Below are positions 46,968 through 47,149 of a DNA stretch of 47,149 nucleotides, piece by piece. Under the pieces are notes generated by a model. The model was given only the letters and a program-made list of their open reading frames with translations. It searched no databases and had not been told where the DNA came from. The position numbers and the translations under genes were made by a program. The DNA lies in contig KZ538168.1 in NCBI GenBank assembly GCA_000934665.2, forward strand, positions 62,001 through 109,149. Reading direction: 5' to 3'. How positions within the stretch are numbered: position 1 is the stretch's first letter; each line of letters opens with the position of its first letter. Source of the stretch: Catajapyx aquilonaris. Lineage: Eukaryota.

Positions 46968-47149
46968 CAGGGTGTAAATGAATTCAACCGACAAACTTCT
47001 AGGGGTGATAGAGGGGACCAAGACAAACATTTTTGACATAGGAAACCGTGTCCGGAAACGCCATCTAGAGGGGGTTCATAGACGAGGAACGGGTGCGCTC
47101 AGACGCTTCACGCGAGAGGCGTAAGTCGAGTGGTCTGTTTTGTTGATAG
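46968..47149. mobile_element. Left end of a Tc1/mariner-type element (runs off window)
   Basis: TA-CAGGGTG... followed by AAACTTCTAGGGGTGATAGAGGGGACCAAGACAAACATTTTTGACATAGGAA, typical of insect mariner-like MITE ends. CpG-rich, suggesting a young copy. Confidence 0.65.

Overview
This is compact eukaryotic (arthropod, most likely hexapod/pancrustacean) genomic DNA, not prokaryotic. I reconstructed six spliced protein-coding genes by hand, with consistent intron phases: CCDC186-like golgin (-, runs off the left edge), PRELID1/Preli-like (-), Haspin kinase (+), mitochondrial peroxiredoxin 3 (-), a type IV classical cadherin of the DE-cadherin/shotgun type (+), and an apparently C-terminally truncated CFAP69-like gene (-). 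Introns and intergenic DNA hold many small mobile elements: three clear tRNA-derived SINEs; MITEs with hAT-, pogo/Tigger-, PIF/Harbinger-, piggyBac-, mariner- and Sola-like ends; a decayed hAT (Charlie/Buster) transposase; and a 1.16-kb foldback element. The most notable observations are a Haspin intron bounded by an exact 11-bp direct repeat (intron-gain signature), a non-canonical p120-binding core (GYG instead of GGG) in the cadherin, the missing 3' half of CFAP69, a candidate alternative terminal exon of Prx3, paired Snail/Scratch-type sites upstream of the cadherin, and a probably polymorphic SINE insertion captured by the assembly. No CRISPR array, rRNA or intact tRNA was found. Family assignments come from recalled motifs, not database searches.
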